Program-made: the position numbers and the translations under genes | IMG/VR virus record: IMGVR_UViG_2778261448_000003 | Length of the DNA stretch: 37,388 nt | From: a virus | Lineage: Duplodnaviria; Heunggongvirae; Uroviricota; Caudoviricetes | Direction: 5' to 3' (one strand) | Shown: positions 27,234 through 35,447 of the stretch, piece by piece | Position numbering within the stretch: position 1 is the first letter of the stretch | Layout of the letters: each line of letters starts with the position of its first letter | The notes under the pieces: generated by a model | The model's database searches: none | Seen by the model: only the letters and a program-made list of their open reading frames with translations | Told to the model about the DNA's origin: nothing

Positions 27234-27656
27234 TTACCGAACCAATTTCTTATTACTGGTATGATAAAAGTTCAACACACGCCGCATAACATCGCTCTTC
27301 CGGCACTCGCGACAGATTATGTTTAGACGCCTGTCATAGCGACGTATTTCTCCGTCTGGTAATGACCAGATAAGGTCCGGATCAACCACAGATGGTTTCT
27401 TCAGCTTTGCCCTCGAGAGTTTTTTGCGGGCGTTTTGCCAGTCTTTACGTGCCTGCTCCGACGGGAATAACCCGTAGCCAGAGTTGTATACATAACCGCT
27501 CGCAACCAGCTCTCTGGCAAGAACGCTCATCAGATATCTTGTCGCACCTGTCTTGGCTTCCAGTTGACGTAACGTCTCGCGCCCACTCTGGCGTACAAGT
27601 TCAACAACCTGCCCTTTAATTTTTTCACGCTCTTCTTGTGTAAAAACTTTTGCCAC
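27234..27656 (-). CDS. Hypothetical HTH-containing protein downstream of the replication gene (140 aa, GTG start)
   Basis: ORF in the early-right operon after the O-like gene; probable HTH around TLRQLEAKTGATRYLMSVLAREL. Confidence 0.5.
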   Translation of the reverse strand: MAKVFTQEEREKIKGQVVELVRQSGRETLRQLEAKTGATRYLMSVLARELVASGYVYNSGYGLFPSEQARKDWQNARKKLSRAKLKKPSVVDPDLIWSLPDGEIRRYDRRLNIICRECRKSDVMRRVLNFYHTSNKKLVR

Positions 27657-27696
27657 AACTCCTCCTGATAATTACCTCATGAGCTGAAATAAACAC

Positions 27697-28773
27697 TTAC
27701 CCCCTGAAGCCCGGTGGAATTTCGGTATCCGGTTCAGAAATATGATTCACACAACGCTGGTTGTTCGTGCCGCTTACCTGGAGCAACCAGGGGTTTTCAA
27801 AATTCCGGTCCGGTCCAAAAAACGTCGTCGCCCGCTGAACAAATTCCGTTCCCGTTTTCCCGGTAACCGCTAGGTATCTTGCGTAACGCCTCACGCCATC
27901 CAGCATTGCCTCTGGTGGCACCCCCTCGCGTAATCTGGCCTTCCAGGCACTGAAAGCGGATTTCTTCGGGTTTGCCCCGGCACGCAACGGGTACTCCCGC
28001 CAGACCTGTTCGAACACATCCGGATAATCCACTCGTCCCACAGACTGCCCGGTGTTTTCCGGGACTACCCGATCGGCTTCCCGCTGAATGGCGGAATCGG
28101 CTTCAGGCTGCTGCAGTTGGTGTGATTGCTCCGGCCTTGCGGTCATCACCTGCTGCACAGCGCCCGAATCGGCTTTCAGCGCATACGCTGAATCGGCTTC
28201 CGGTGTCGTGCCTGCTGGCTGACCAAGATTGACGGTCTGAACATCCCCTGCCTGGTTCGTGGCGTTTTTTACGCCATGGACCATAGTGTTTTGATCTTCT
28301 TGATCTGTATCTTTATCTGTATCTTTATCTGTCGTGACTCGTCGTGACATGTGCGTGACATTTCGTGACGCGCCGTGACAATCGCCATTTTGTTCCCGCT
28401 TTCTTTCCCTCTCTCGCTGCGCCCTCTTGCGCTCTGCAGGAGATTTTGCGGTTTGCGAAATATTGCCGTTGTCCTCTTTAAGCACCTGGCGTTTTTCCCA
28501 TCCAGTGATTAAATCACCATCAAGTACCCGCCCCTGCATCGTCTGCAAAATTGAATCAATTACCTCTTCTGTCACGTCGAGCGCACTTGCCAAATCTTCT
28601 GTCGTGACATCAATGTGACCTCGCGTGACATTTCGTGACGCGCTCACCAGGAGGTGGATATACACTGCCATCACTGTTGCAATTGGCTGCCCTGACACCC
28701 TGGCAATTGTTCGCCACTTAGGGTCATTTGGCATGTCATGCCATAATCTGAGCCAGGCGTTAGCCATACTCAC
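27697..28773 (-). CDS. Replication initiation/replisome organiser protein (lambda O-like role), with internal iterons
   Basis: 358 aa; conserved phage replication-protein C-terminal region (VWREYPLRAG...FSAWKARLREGVPPEAMLDGVRRYARYLAVTGKTGTEFVQRATTFFGP); two iteron clusters inside the ORF. Confidence 0.7.
   Translation of the reverse strand: MSMANAWLRLWHDMPNDPKWRTIARVSGQPIATVMAVYIHLLVSASRNVTRGHIDVTTEDLASALDVTEEVIDSILQTMQGRVLDGDLITGWEKRQVLKEDNGNISQTAKSPAERKRAQRERERKREQNGDCHGASRNVTHMSRRVTTDKDTDKDTDQEDQNTMVHGVKNATNQAGDVQTVNLGQPAGTTPEADSAYALKADSGAVQQVMTARPEQSHQLQQPEADSAIQREADRVVPENTGQSVGRVDYPDVFEQVWREYPLRAGANPKKSAFSAWKARLREGVPPEAMLDGVRRYARYLAVTGKTGTEFVQRATTFFGPDRNFENPWLLQVSGTNNQRCVNHISEPDTEIPPGFRG
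28300..28640. repeat. Putative origin of replication: two clusters of CGTGAC iterons (28331-28380, five copies at ~10-bp spacing; 28600-28640, four copies) plus a tandem TGTATCTTTATC repeat
   Basis: Direct repeats visible in sequence, inside the O-like gene as lambda ori lies inside O. Confidence 0.65.
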
Positions 28774-28838
28774 CTCTTCTGATACCGAATCTTTTTACTC
28801 ACGAGTTGCCGGAAGCGATTCGATATGGCTATTGTCAT

Positions 28839-29264
28839 TCAATGTACTGCCACAGCATTTCCTGCCGGGCCACCACGGTTCATCTGATTGAAACCGGCGA
28901 TTGCCACTGCGACAAAATCATCAGCGTCTCTCACCAATCGCTCCCGCGTCTCCACCAGCTCCCGAAAATAAGCTGAACTGTGGCTGCGCATTCTGGCCAC
29001 CAGCAAAGGCGGCATTGCCTTTTCGATCGCTGGTAACAACGCCTGAATTTTTTCAACTGCATCAGGGGTGTCTTTCTCTACCCAGCGGAAAATTTTCTGG
29101 GTATTGCGAGCCAGGGCTTCCGGATGGCTGTCGTCATACAGTTCAGGAAACGTCATACCCAACTCAAAATAAGCCTGGGTTATTCCAGCTGCCGGAACTT
29201 TTTCACCATCCGGATGCGCCCAGGCATTCATCGCCATGCGGATGTGCTCATGTTTGATTTTCAT
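28839..29264 (-). CDS. YdaT-like protein (Rac-type; cII-position gene)
   Basis: 141 aa starting MKIKHEHI, recalled as the Rac YdaT N-terminus; immediately downstream of the Cro-like gene. Confidence 0.55.
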   Translation of the reverse strand: MKIKHEHIRMAMNAWAHPDGEKVPAAGITQAYFELGMTFPELYDDSHPEALARNTQKIFRWVEKDTPDAVEKIQALLPAIEKAMPPLLVARMRSHSSAYFRELVETRERLVRDADDFVAVAIAGFNQMNRGGPAGNAVAVH

Positions 29265-29563
29265 GAATCAACTCCATCAGATAAGCATGCACTACAATCA
29301 CCTTCAGCATGAACTACATGTGTTTGCCCCAAACGAATGCCGCTCGCATACTCAGGCCAAATAAGCTCCCAATCATGGGGTCGTAGCTCCGCCCTACTTA
29401 CTTGGCCTTCCGTCGCAGATTCGATCATAAGGGCACGGGTTGGAGATATAGCTGCTCGTCCAGACGCCATTTGCGATAAGTAAGATGGCGATACACCAAG
29501 TCTGGCCGCGAATTTCTTAGCATCACCAACCCTCAATGATTTAATAAACTCTTTTAATGTCAT
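29261..29563 (-). CDS. Cro/YdaS-like HTH transcriptional regulator
   Basis: 100 aa; HTH segment FAARLGVSPSYLSQMASGR; first gene of the rightward early operon, divergent from the repressor gene. Confidence 0.7.
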   Translation of the reverse strand: MTLKEFIKSLRVGDAKKFAARLGVSPSYLSQMASGRAAISPTRALMIESATEGQVSRAELRPHDWELIWPEYASGIRLGQTHVVHAEGDCSACLSDGVDS

Positions 29564-29660
29564 ACCTTCCTCGGTTTAGTGTTTTTTTGCGAGTTTAGTG
29601 TTTAATAAACCATTAAGTCAAGTATTTGCTTGTTTAGTGATTACTAAAGATAATTACCAC
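29564..29660. promoter_or_regulatory. OR-like operator/promoter region: three copies of GTTTAGTG(T/A)TT between the divergent cro-like and repressor genes; candidate pRM-like promoter (-35 TTGCTT, -10 GATAAT) that would give a leaderless repressor mRNA
   Basis: Repeats at ~29574, 29593 and 29632; promoter hexamers spaced 17 bp apart ending just before the ATG at 29661. Confidence 0.55.
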
Positions 29661-30032
29661 ATGCAAAAAAAAGAAATTCGCCGTTTACGTCTCAAGGAGT
29701 GGTTTAAAGATAAAACTCTGCCACCCAAAGAGAAGAGCTACCTATCTCAACTAATGAGTGGGAGAGCATCGTTTGGAGAAAAGGCTGCCAGAAGAATAGA
29801 GCAAACATACGGGATGCCGGAAGGGTATCTGGATGCGGAATACGCAGAACAACCGGAGGTTTCTCCACCACATGCAGGGTTAACGCCTAATCAACTGGAA
29901 TTATTGCAGATTTTTTCAGCCTTCCCTGAGGATGAGCAACGCCAGATAATCAGCGAGTTAAAGCAGAAAAAAGAATCAATGGAAGATCTCATAGCGAGAT
30001 GGATTGCGGCGCAAAAATGCCGCCGCGCCTGA
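29661..30032 (+). CDS. CI/RacR-like prophage repressor (HTH, no peptidase domain)
   Basis: ORF 29598..30032; start placed at MQKKEIRR; HTH around KSYLSQLMSGRASFGEKAARRIE; sits in the cI position. Confidence 0.6.
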   Translation: MQKKEIRRLRLKEWFKDKTLPPKEKSYLSQLMSGRASFGEKAARRIEQTYGMPEGYLDAEYAEQPEVSPPHAGLTPNQLELLQIFSAFPEDEQRQIISELKQKKESMEDLIARWIAAQKCRRA

Positions 30033-30052
30033 GTTATAAAACCGGAGGAAAC

Positions 30053-30244
30053 ATGAATAGAGCCCTTTCACCAATGGTTTCTGAATTTGAAACCATTGAA
30101 CAAGAAAACAGTTACAACGAATGGCTGCGTGCGAAAGTAGCAACGAGCCTTGCAGATCCGCGCCCAGCAATTCCCCATGACGAAGTTGAGCGCAGAATGG
30201 CAGAACGCTTTGCTAAAATGCGCAAGGAACGGAGCAAGCAGTAA
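30053..30244 (+). CDS. ParD/RHH-like antitoxin (63 aa)
   Basis: Start MNRALSP preceded by GGAGGA RBS; stop is 1 nt before the toxin ATG; sequence character of ParD-type antitoxins. Confidence 0.6.
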   Translation: MNRALSPMVSEFETIEQENSYNEWLRAKVATSLADPRPAIPHDEVERRMAERFAKMRKERSKQ

Positions 30245-30245
30245 A

Positions 30246-30524
30246 ATGTTACCCGTGTTATGGCTTGAAAGCGCAGATACCGACCTAGATGATATAACTA
30301 GTTATATTGCTCGTTTCGACATAGATGCGGCTGAACGCTTATGGCAGCGATTAAGGGGTTGTGTGCTGCCGTTATCCGAACATCCGTATTTATACCCACC
30401 AAGCGACAGAGTACCCGGCTTGCGTGAGATTGTAGCCCACCCTAACTATATAATTCTATACCGCGTAACAACATCAAGCGTTGAAGTAGTAAACGTGATC
30501 CACGCAAGACGCCAGTTTCCCTAA
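30246..30524 (+). CDS. ParE/RelE-family toxin (92 aa)
   Basis: Start MLPVLWLESADTDLDDITSYIARF...; C-terminal YIILYRVTTSSVEVVNVIHARR typical of ParE/RelE plasmid-stabilisation toxins. Confidence 0.65.
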   Translation: MLPVLWLESADTDLDDITSYIARFDIDAAERLWQRLRGCVLPLSEHPYLYPPSDRVPGLREIVAHPNYIILYRVTTSSVEVVNVIHARRQFP

Positions 30525-30589
30525 CTTTCACTACCAATAGAAACATAGCAACCGCAACGACTTTATCAAAAGCGTTGTGTTTGTTACGC

Positions 30590-30640
30590 TCCGTGGTTTA
30601 GTTTTTACTTGACTTAAGTTTAATGTTTATTAAACTAAAA
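30590..30640 (+). promoter_or_regulatory. OL/pL-like region: GTTTAGT operator-like repeats overlapping a sigma70-like promoter (-35 TTGACT, -10 TAAACT)
   Basis: TGGTTTAGTTTTTACTTGACTTAAGTTTAATGTTTATTAAACT; shares the repeat core with the OR region; precedes the plus-strand early-left genes. Confidence 0.5.
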
Positions 30641-30815
30641 ATACCAACCCACCCCGAGCCACAGAACGCCAGGCAATACTTCGAGTTATCCGGCAGTGGT
30701 CAGGGGATAAGTAGCCAGCCCGAGGCGTAAGAACATGACGGCAGGGTTCAACTTTAATAACTATGCAGCAGGTTTTTGTTCCGCTACCCCAGCGTTAAGG
30801 GGAAATGAGGTCAAC

Positions 30816-30971
30816 ATGGATACTATCGATCTTGGCAACAACGAATCTCTGGTGTGCGGCGTGTTTCCCAACCAGGACGGCACATTCACCGCGATGACGT
30901 ATACCAAAAGCAAAACGTTTAAAACCGAAAATGGTGCCCGTCGCTGGCTGGAAAGAAACTCAGGTGAGTGA
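30816..30971 (+). CDS. Small early-left protein (51 aa, YdaF-like)
   Basis: Start MDTIDLG with AAGGGGA RBS; first gene after the pL-like promoter. Confidence 0.5.
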   Translation: MDTIDLGNNESLVCGVFPNQDGTFTAMTYTKSKTFKTENGARRWLERNSGE

Positions 30972-30972
30972 T

Positions 30973-31101
30973 ATGGATTTCGACACAATCATGAAAAAGG
31001 CTTACGAAGAATACTTCGAAGGCCTTGCCGAAGGCGAAGAAGCTCTCAGCTTCAGTGAGTTTAAACAGGCGCTTTCCAGTTCGGCAAAATCTAACGGCTG
31101 A
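30973..31101 (+). CDS. Small early-left protein (42 aa, YdaG-like; not in ORF track)
   Basis: Own translation MDFDTIMKKAYEEYFEGLAEGEEALSFSEFKQALSSSAKSNG; start 2 nt after the upstream stop. Confidence 0.4.
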   Translation: MDFDTIMKKAYEEYFEGLAEGEEALSFSEFKQALSSSAKSNG

Positions 31102-31130
31102 TAAGCGAAACAGCACCGCGAGGAATCAGT

Positions 31131-31349
31131 ATGCAGAAACGAGAACCCGTCATCATCGCGCCAGACTATACCGATGATGAACTTTATGAGTGGATGCGCC
31201 AGAAAATTAAGGCAGCGCAGGATCTGAAATGGGCCAATGAAGCCAGGGCTAAGCAAGCTGAAAATCTGTCCGCTCTGGAGCAGGATATCACCAATCTGGA
31301 AAAAGCAGCGGCATTGAGCATTGCCAGAATGATTACATACCCGCGTTAA
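31131..31349 (+). CDS. Hypothetical early-left protein (72 aa)
   Basis: ORF in the pL operon; no family recognised. Confidence 0.45.
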   Translation: MQKREPVIIAPDYTDDELYEWMRQKIKAAQDLKWANEARAKQAENLSALEQDITNLEKAAALSIARMITYPR

Positions 31350-31371
31350 TAGCTAACCAACGAGGCTAATA

Positions 31372-31692
31372 ATGGAATTTAAAGATTTACCAATGCAATT
31401 CCAGGAAATGGCAGCGAATATAGTTCGTTCCCAACTGGCGACTCTTGACCTGAGTACCGTAGAAAAAGAAACCATCGATACTATATCCGGTAACGTGCGT
31501 CGTGCCTTTATCGGTCTGTACGAAGAGAAGCAGCTCTCTGATAACCAGGATTTACATGAAAAATACTTCCTGGATCTAATGGACATCATTGATAAGGGGT
31601 TTGGCTTGTTAATGAAAAAGAAAGGGATTCGAATAGACCCCCTTGAAAATTACTTTGCAACAAAAAGCATTAATTCTTTTGATTCAAAATAA
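31372..31692 (+). CDS. Hypothetical early-left protein (106 aa)
   Basis: ORF with AGGCTAATAATG context; no family recognised. Confidence 0.45.
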   Translation: MEFKDLPMQFQEMAANIVRSQLATLDLSTVEKETIDTISGNVRRAFIGLYEEKQLSDNQDLHEKYFLDLMDIIDKGFGLLMKKKGIRIDPLENYFATKSINSFDSK

Positions 31693-31945
31693 GAGAATTA
31701 ATTACAGACTTAACATGCTCTTTCTCATGATTGAAGCTCTCATGATTGAAAGTGCCGGGTTGAAGCGAGTCGATATAATCAACAAGACTCTGTCGTACGA
31801 CTTCATTTTTATCCATAACAGATGCAAGAAATGAAATTGCTAAAAGAGTTATATCACTACGCGCCGCAGCATGCTGCAATGCTTTATCAAAATTATTAAT
31901 CTGGCGTATCAGGGAGTTAATGATTTCATCATTTTCAGTCGACAT
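31670..31945 (-). CDS. Hypothetical AT-rich antisense-oriented small protein (91 aa from MSTENDEII)
   Basis: Start preceded by GGAGGG RBS; AT-rich composition contrasts with neighbours; convergent with the pL operon. Confidence 0.5.
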   Translation of the reverse strand: MSTENDEIINSLIRQINNFDKALQHAAARSDITLLAISFLASVMDKNEVVRQSLVDYIDSLQPGTFNHESFNHEKEHVKSVINSLILNQKN

Positions 31946-32506
31946 TTCACCCTCCTGAGGGTTGGTGATTAAGGAGTTCTCCACGGGTGAGGTGGAGTGC
32001 GTGCGCCGGACACGGGTGAGCATACGGCACTGACAGTTTACTGAAAGGATATTTCCCTGAAAAGTCAGACCATAACGCGAAAGCGCACGGCGAGGTAGCT
32101 GGTTCATAGATAGCCTGTCGTTAAATTTTCGTCGACCGTGCGCTTCCGGTTGTGGCACTCCGCGAAATGGCGCGACGGTAAGTATGGCGGGGTTATTCCT
32201 TCCCCGTTGAGGACACCGGGTTGTCAGGTTGACCATACGCTTAAGTGACAACCCCGCTACAACGCCCTCTGTTATCAATTTTCTGGTGACGTTTGGCGGT
32301 ATCAGTTTTACTCCGTGGCTGCTCTGCCGCCCTTTTTAAAGTGAATTTTGTGATGCGGTGAATGCGGCTAAGCGCACGCGGAACAGTTAAAACCAAAAAC
32401 AGTGTTATGGGTGGATTCTCTGTATCCGACGTTAATTGTTAACTGGTTAACGTCACCTGGAGGCACCAGGCACCGCATCACAAAATTCATTGTTGAGGAC
32501 GCGATA

Positions 32507-32695
32507 ATGGAAACGTTATTACCAAACGTTAATACGTCTGAAGGTTGTTTTGAAATTGGTGTCACTATCAGTAACCCTGTATTTACTGAAGATGCCATTA
32601 ACAAGAGAAAACACGAACGGGAGTTATTAAATAAAATATGCATTCTTTCAATGCTGGCCCGTTTACGTCCGATACAAAAAGGATGCTGGCAATGA
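32507..32695 (+). CDS. Hypothetical small protein (62 aa)
   Basis: Start METLLPNV; stop overlaps the start region of the next small gene. Confidence 0.4.
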   Translation: METLLPNVNTSEGCFEIGVTISNPVFTEDAINKRKHERELLNKICILSMLARLRPIQKGCWQ

Positions 32696-32883
32696 ATACA
32701 GCATTTGCACTTGTTCTGACAGTTTTTCTTGTTTCCGGAGAGCCAGTTGATATTGCAGTCAGTGTTCACAGAACAATGCAGGAATGTATGGCAGCAGCAA
32801 CCGAACAGAAAATTCCCGGTAACTGTTACCCGGTCGATAAAGTTATTCACCAGGATAGTAACGAAATCCCGGCAGGTCTTTAA
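32683..32883 (+). CDS. Small secreted or membrane-anchored protein (66 aa; N-terminal signal peptide, two Cys)
   Basis: MLAMNTAFALVLTVFLVSGEP hydrophobic leader then a hydrophilic domain. Confidence 0.45.
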   Translation: MLAMNTAFALVLTVFLVSGEPVDIAVSVHRTMQECMAAATEQKIPGNCYPVDKVIHQDSNEIPAGL

Positions 32884-32975
32884 AACAGTTCCGTAATAAA
32901 CATCCGATTTCATTCTTATATGCCAGCAATGGCAGGGATTTGTTCACCATTAAATCTGTAATGAGGTAAAACAAA

Positions 32976-35447
32976 ATGAGTAAAGTCTTTATTTGCGCCG
33001 CCATTCCGGACGAACAGGCAATAAAGGAAGAAGGTGCAGTCGCTGTAGCTACTGCCATTGAAGCCGGTGATGAACGTCGCGCCCGCGCAAAATTTCACTG
33101 GCAATTCCTGGAACATTATCCGGCTGCTCAGGACTGCGCTTATAAATTTCTTGTCTGCGAGGATAAACCCGGTATACCCCGCCCTGCCCTCGATTCCTGG
33201 GATGCTGAATATATGCAGGAAAACCGCTGGGATGAGGAGTCTGCTTCCTTTGTCCCGGTTGAGACTGAATCAGATCCGATGAACGTCACTTTTGACAAGC
33301 TGGCCCCTGAAGTACAGAACGCTGTCATGGTTAAGTTCGACACATGTGAAAACATCACTGTTGATATGGTGATTAGCGCACAGGAATTGTTGCAGGAAGA
33401 CATGGCAACATTCGACGGCCATATCGTTGAAGCGTTGATGAAAATGCCAGAAGTAAACGCCATGTATCCGGAGCTTAAGCTGCATGCCATCGGGTGGGTT
33501 AAGCATAAATGTAAGCCTGGTGCCAAATGGCCCGAAATTCAGGCAGAGATGTGCATCTGGAAAAAACGTCGCGAAGGTGAACGCAAGGAAACCGGAAAAT
33601 ACACGTCTGTTGTTGATCTCGCCCGCGCCAGACCCAATCAACAGAACACTGAAAATTCAACAGGAAAAATCAACCCGGTCATTGCTGCCACTCATCGCGA
33701 ATACAAGCAGACATGGAAAACACTGGATGACGAACTGGCCTACGCTCTCTGGCCTGGTGATGTGGATGCCGGAAACATTGACGGCAGCATCCATCGCTGG
33801 GCAAAAAATGAAGTTATCGACAACGACCGCGAAGACTGGAAGCGTATCTCGGCATCAATGCGCAAACAGCCTGATGCCCTTCGCTACGACCGCCAGACTA
33901 TTTTTGGCCTTGTCCGTGAACGTCCGATCGACATTCACAAAGACCCTGTGGCACTGAACAAATACATTACTGAATACCTGACTACAAAGGGCGTGTTTGA
34001 AGATGAAGGAAGAAATCAGAGCGCAACTGATACTCTCTCGTCGCCAGTACCAGAAACTGATGCAGTGGAAACGGCAATTCCGGACAACGAAAAAACCGAA
34101 TGCAAAGTGGAAGTCGAACCATCTGTAGAGCGTGAGGGGCCGTTCTACTTCCTCTTCACCGACAAGAATGGCGAAAAATACGGTCGCGCAAACAAACTTT
34201 CTGGTCTGGATAAGGCGCTGGCTGCCGGGGCTACTGAAATCACGAAAGAAGAATATTTCGCCCGCAAAAACGGTACATACTCAGGTTCACAACAAAATAC
34301 TGGTGCATCTGACACGACCGCACAACCAGAGCCGGTAAAAGTTACCGCTGACGAAGTAAACAAAATTATGCAGGCAGCCAATATCAGCCGGCCTGACGCC
34401 GATGAACTGCTTGCAGTATCACGTGGTGAATTTGTTGCAGGGATTAGCGATCCGAATGATCCGAAATGGGTGAAGGGGATTGAAACCCGCGATTCTGTGA
34501 ACCAGAACCAGCAAGAAACGGAACAGAACGACCAGAAAGCGGAACAAAACAGCCCAAATGCGTTACAAAATGAGCCAGAAACGAAACAATCCGAACCAGT
34601 AGCGCAACAGGAACCGGAAAAAGTCTGCACCGCCTGCGGTCAGAGCGGTGGCGGCAACTGCCCTGATTGTGGCGCGGTGATGGGCGACGCAACATACCAG
34701 GAAACATTCGATGAAGAGAATCAGGTTGAAGTTCAGGAAAATGATCCGGAGGAAATGGAAGGCGCTGAACATCCACACAAGGAGAACCCTGGCGGCAATC
34801 AGCATCACGCCAGCGATAATAAAACTGGCGAGGCGACAGATCCCTTAATTAAGGTGAATGGTCATTATAAGCTCACATCCACCAGCAGAGCGGGGATTCA
34901 TCTGATGATCGACCTTGAAACAATGGGAAAAAATCCCGATGCCCCGATTATCTCAATAGGCGCAATATTTTTCGATCCACAAACCGGAGAGATGGGGCCG
35001 GAATTTAGCAAGACCATCGATCTGGATACGGCTGGCGGAGTCATTGATCGTGACGTCATTAAATGGTGGCTGAAGCAATCACGTGAAGCGCAGTCTGCCA
35101 TTATGACCGATGAAATCCCGTTAGATGATGCACTACTGCAATTGCGGGAATTTATCGACGAAAACTCCGGTGAATTTTTTGTTCAGGTCTGGGGTAATGG
35201 GGCCAACTTCGACAACGTGATTTTACGCCGTTCATACGAACGACAGGGTATCCCCTGCCCGTGGCGCTACTGCAACGATCGCGATGTACGCACAATCGTT
35301 GAGCTGGGGAAAGCCATAGACTTCGATGCCAGAACTGCTATCCCATTCGAAGGTGAGCGCCATAATGCACTTGATGACGCTCGTTACCAGGCAAAATACG
35401 TTTCAGCTATCTGGCAAAAACTGATCCCGAGTCAGGCTGATTTTTAA
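32976..35447 (+). CDS. RecE (exodeoxyribonuclease VIII)-like early protein with C-terminal DEDD-type 3'-5' exonuclease domain
   Basis: 823 aa; central LLAVSRGEFVAGISDPNDPKWVKGIETRD segment recalled from Rac RecE; C-terminal DLETMG...NGANFD...HNALDDARY is a DnaQ-like DEDDh signature; Cys4 motif CTACG...CPDCG. Confidence 0.6.
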   Translation: MSKVFICAAIPDEQAIKEEGAVAVATAIEAGDERRARAKFHWQFLEHYPAAQDCAYKFLVCEDKPGIPRPALDSWDAEYMQENRWDEESASFVPVETESDPMNVTFDKLAPEVQNAVMVKFDTCENITVDMVISAQELLQEDMATFDGHIVEALMKMPEVNAMYPELKLHAIGWVKHKCKPGAKWPEIQAEMCIWKKRREGERKETGKYTSVVDLARARPNQQNTENSTGKINPVIAATHREYKQTWKTLDDELAYALWPGDVDAGNIDGSIHRWAKNEVIDNDREDWKRISASMRKQPDALRYDRQTIFGLVRERPIDIHKDPVALNKYITEYLTTKGVFEDEGRNQSATDTLSSPVPETDAVETAIPDNEKTECKVEVEPSVEREGPFYFLFTDKNGEKYGRANKLSGLDKALAAGATEITKEEYFARKNGTYSGSQQNTGASDTTAQPEPVKVTADEVNKIMQAANISRPDADELLAVSRGEFVAGISDPNDPKWVKGIETRDSVNQNQQETEQNDQKAEQNSPNALQNEPETKQSEPVAQQEPEKVCTACGQSGGGNCPDCGAVMGDATYQETFDEENQVEVQENDPEEMEGAEHPHKENPGGNQHHASDNKTGEATDPLIKVNGHYKLTSTSRAGIHLMIDLETMGKNPDAPIISIGAIFFDPQTGEMGPEFSKTIDLDTAGGVIDRDVIKWWLKQSREAQSAIMTDEIPLDDALLQLREFIDENSGEFFVQVWGNGANFDNVILRRSYERQGIPCPWRYCNDRDVRTIVELGKAIDFDARTAIPFEGERHNALDDARYQAKYVSAIWQKLIPSQADF

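Noticed and set aside
27104-27289. 61-aa plus-strand ORF downstream of the OLD-like gene, considered as a possible partner protein
   Set aside because: It starts inside the terminator region, has no RBS, has a His/Thr/Tyr-rich low-complexity translation and overlaps the 3' end of the convergent minus-strand gene.
31670-32278. The long 202-aa form of the minus-strand ORF
   Set aside because: The N-terminal 111 aa extend through GC-rich, structure-rich non-coding DNA without an RBS. The AT-rich 91-aa core starting at MSTEND has its own RBS and is the likely gene.
31950-32506. Possible retron msr/msd or other ncRNA-dependent system
   Set aside because: Inverted repeats and structure are present, but there is no reverse transcriptase or other partner gene anywhere nearby, so it is kept only as an unclassified structured region.
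32368-32913. Minus-strand 181-aa Cys-rich ORF
   Set aside because: Antisense to two small plus-strand genes and to the inverted-repeat region; composition-driven, no RBS.
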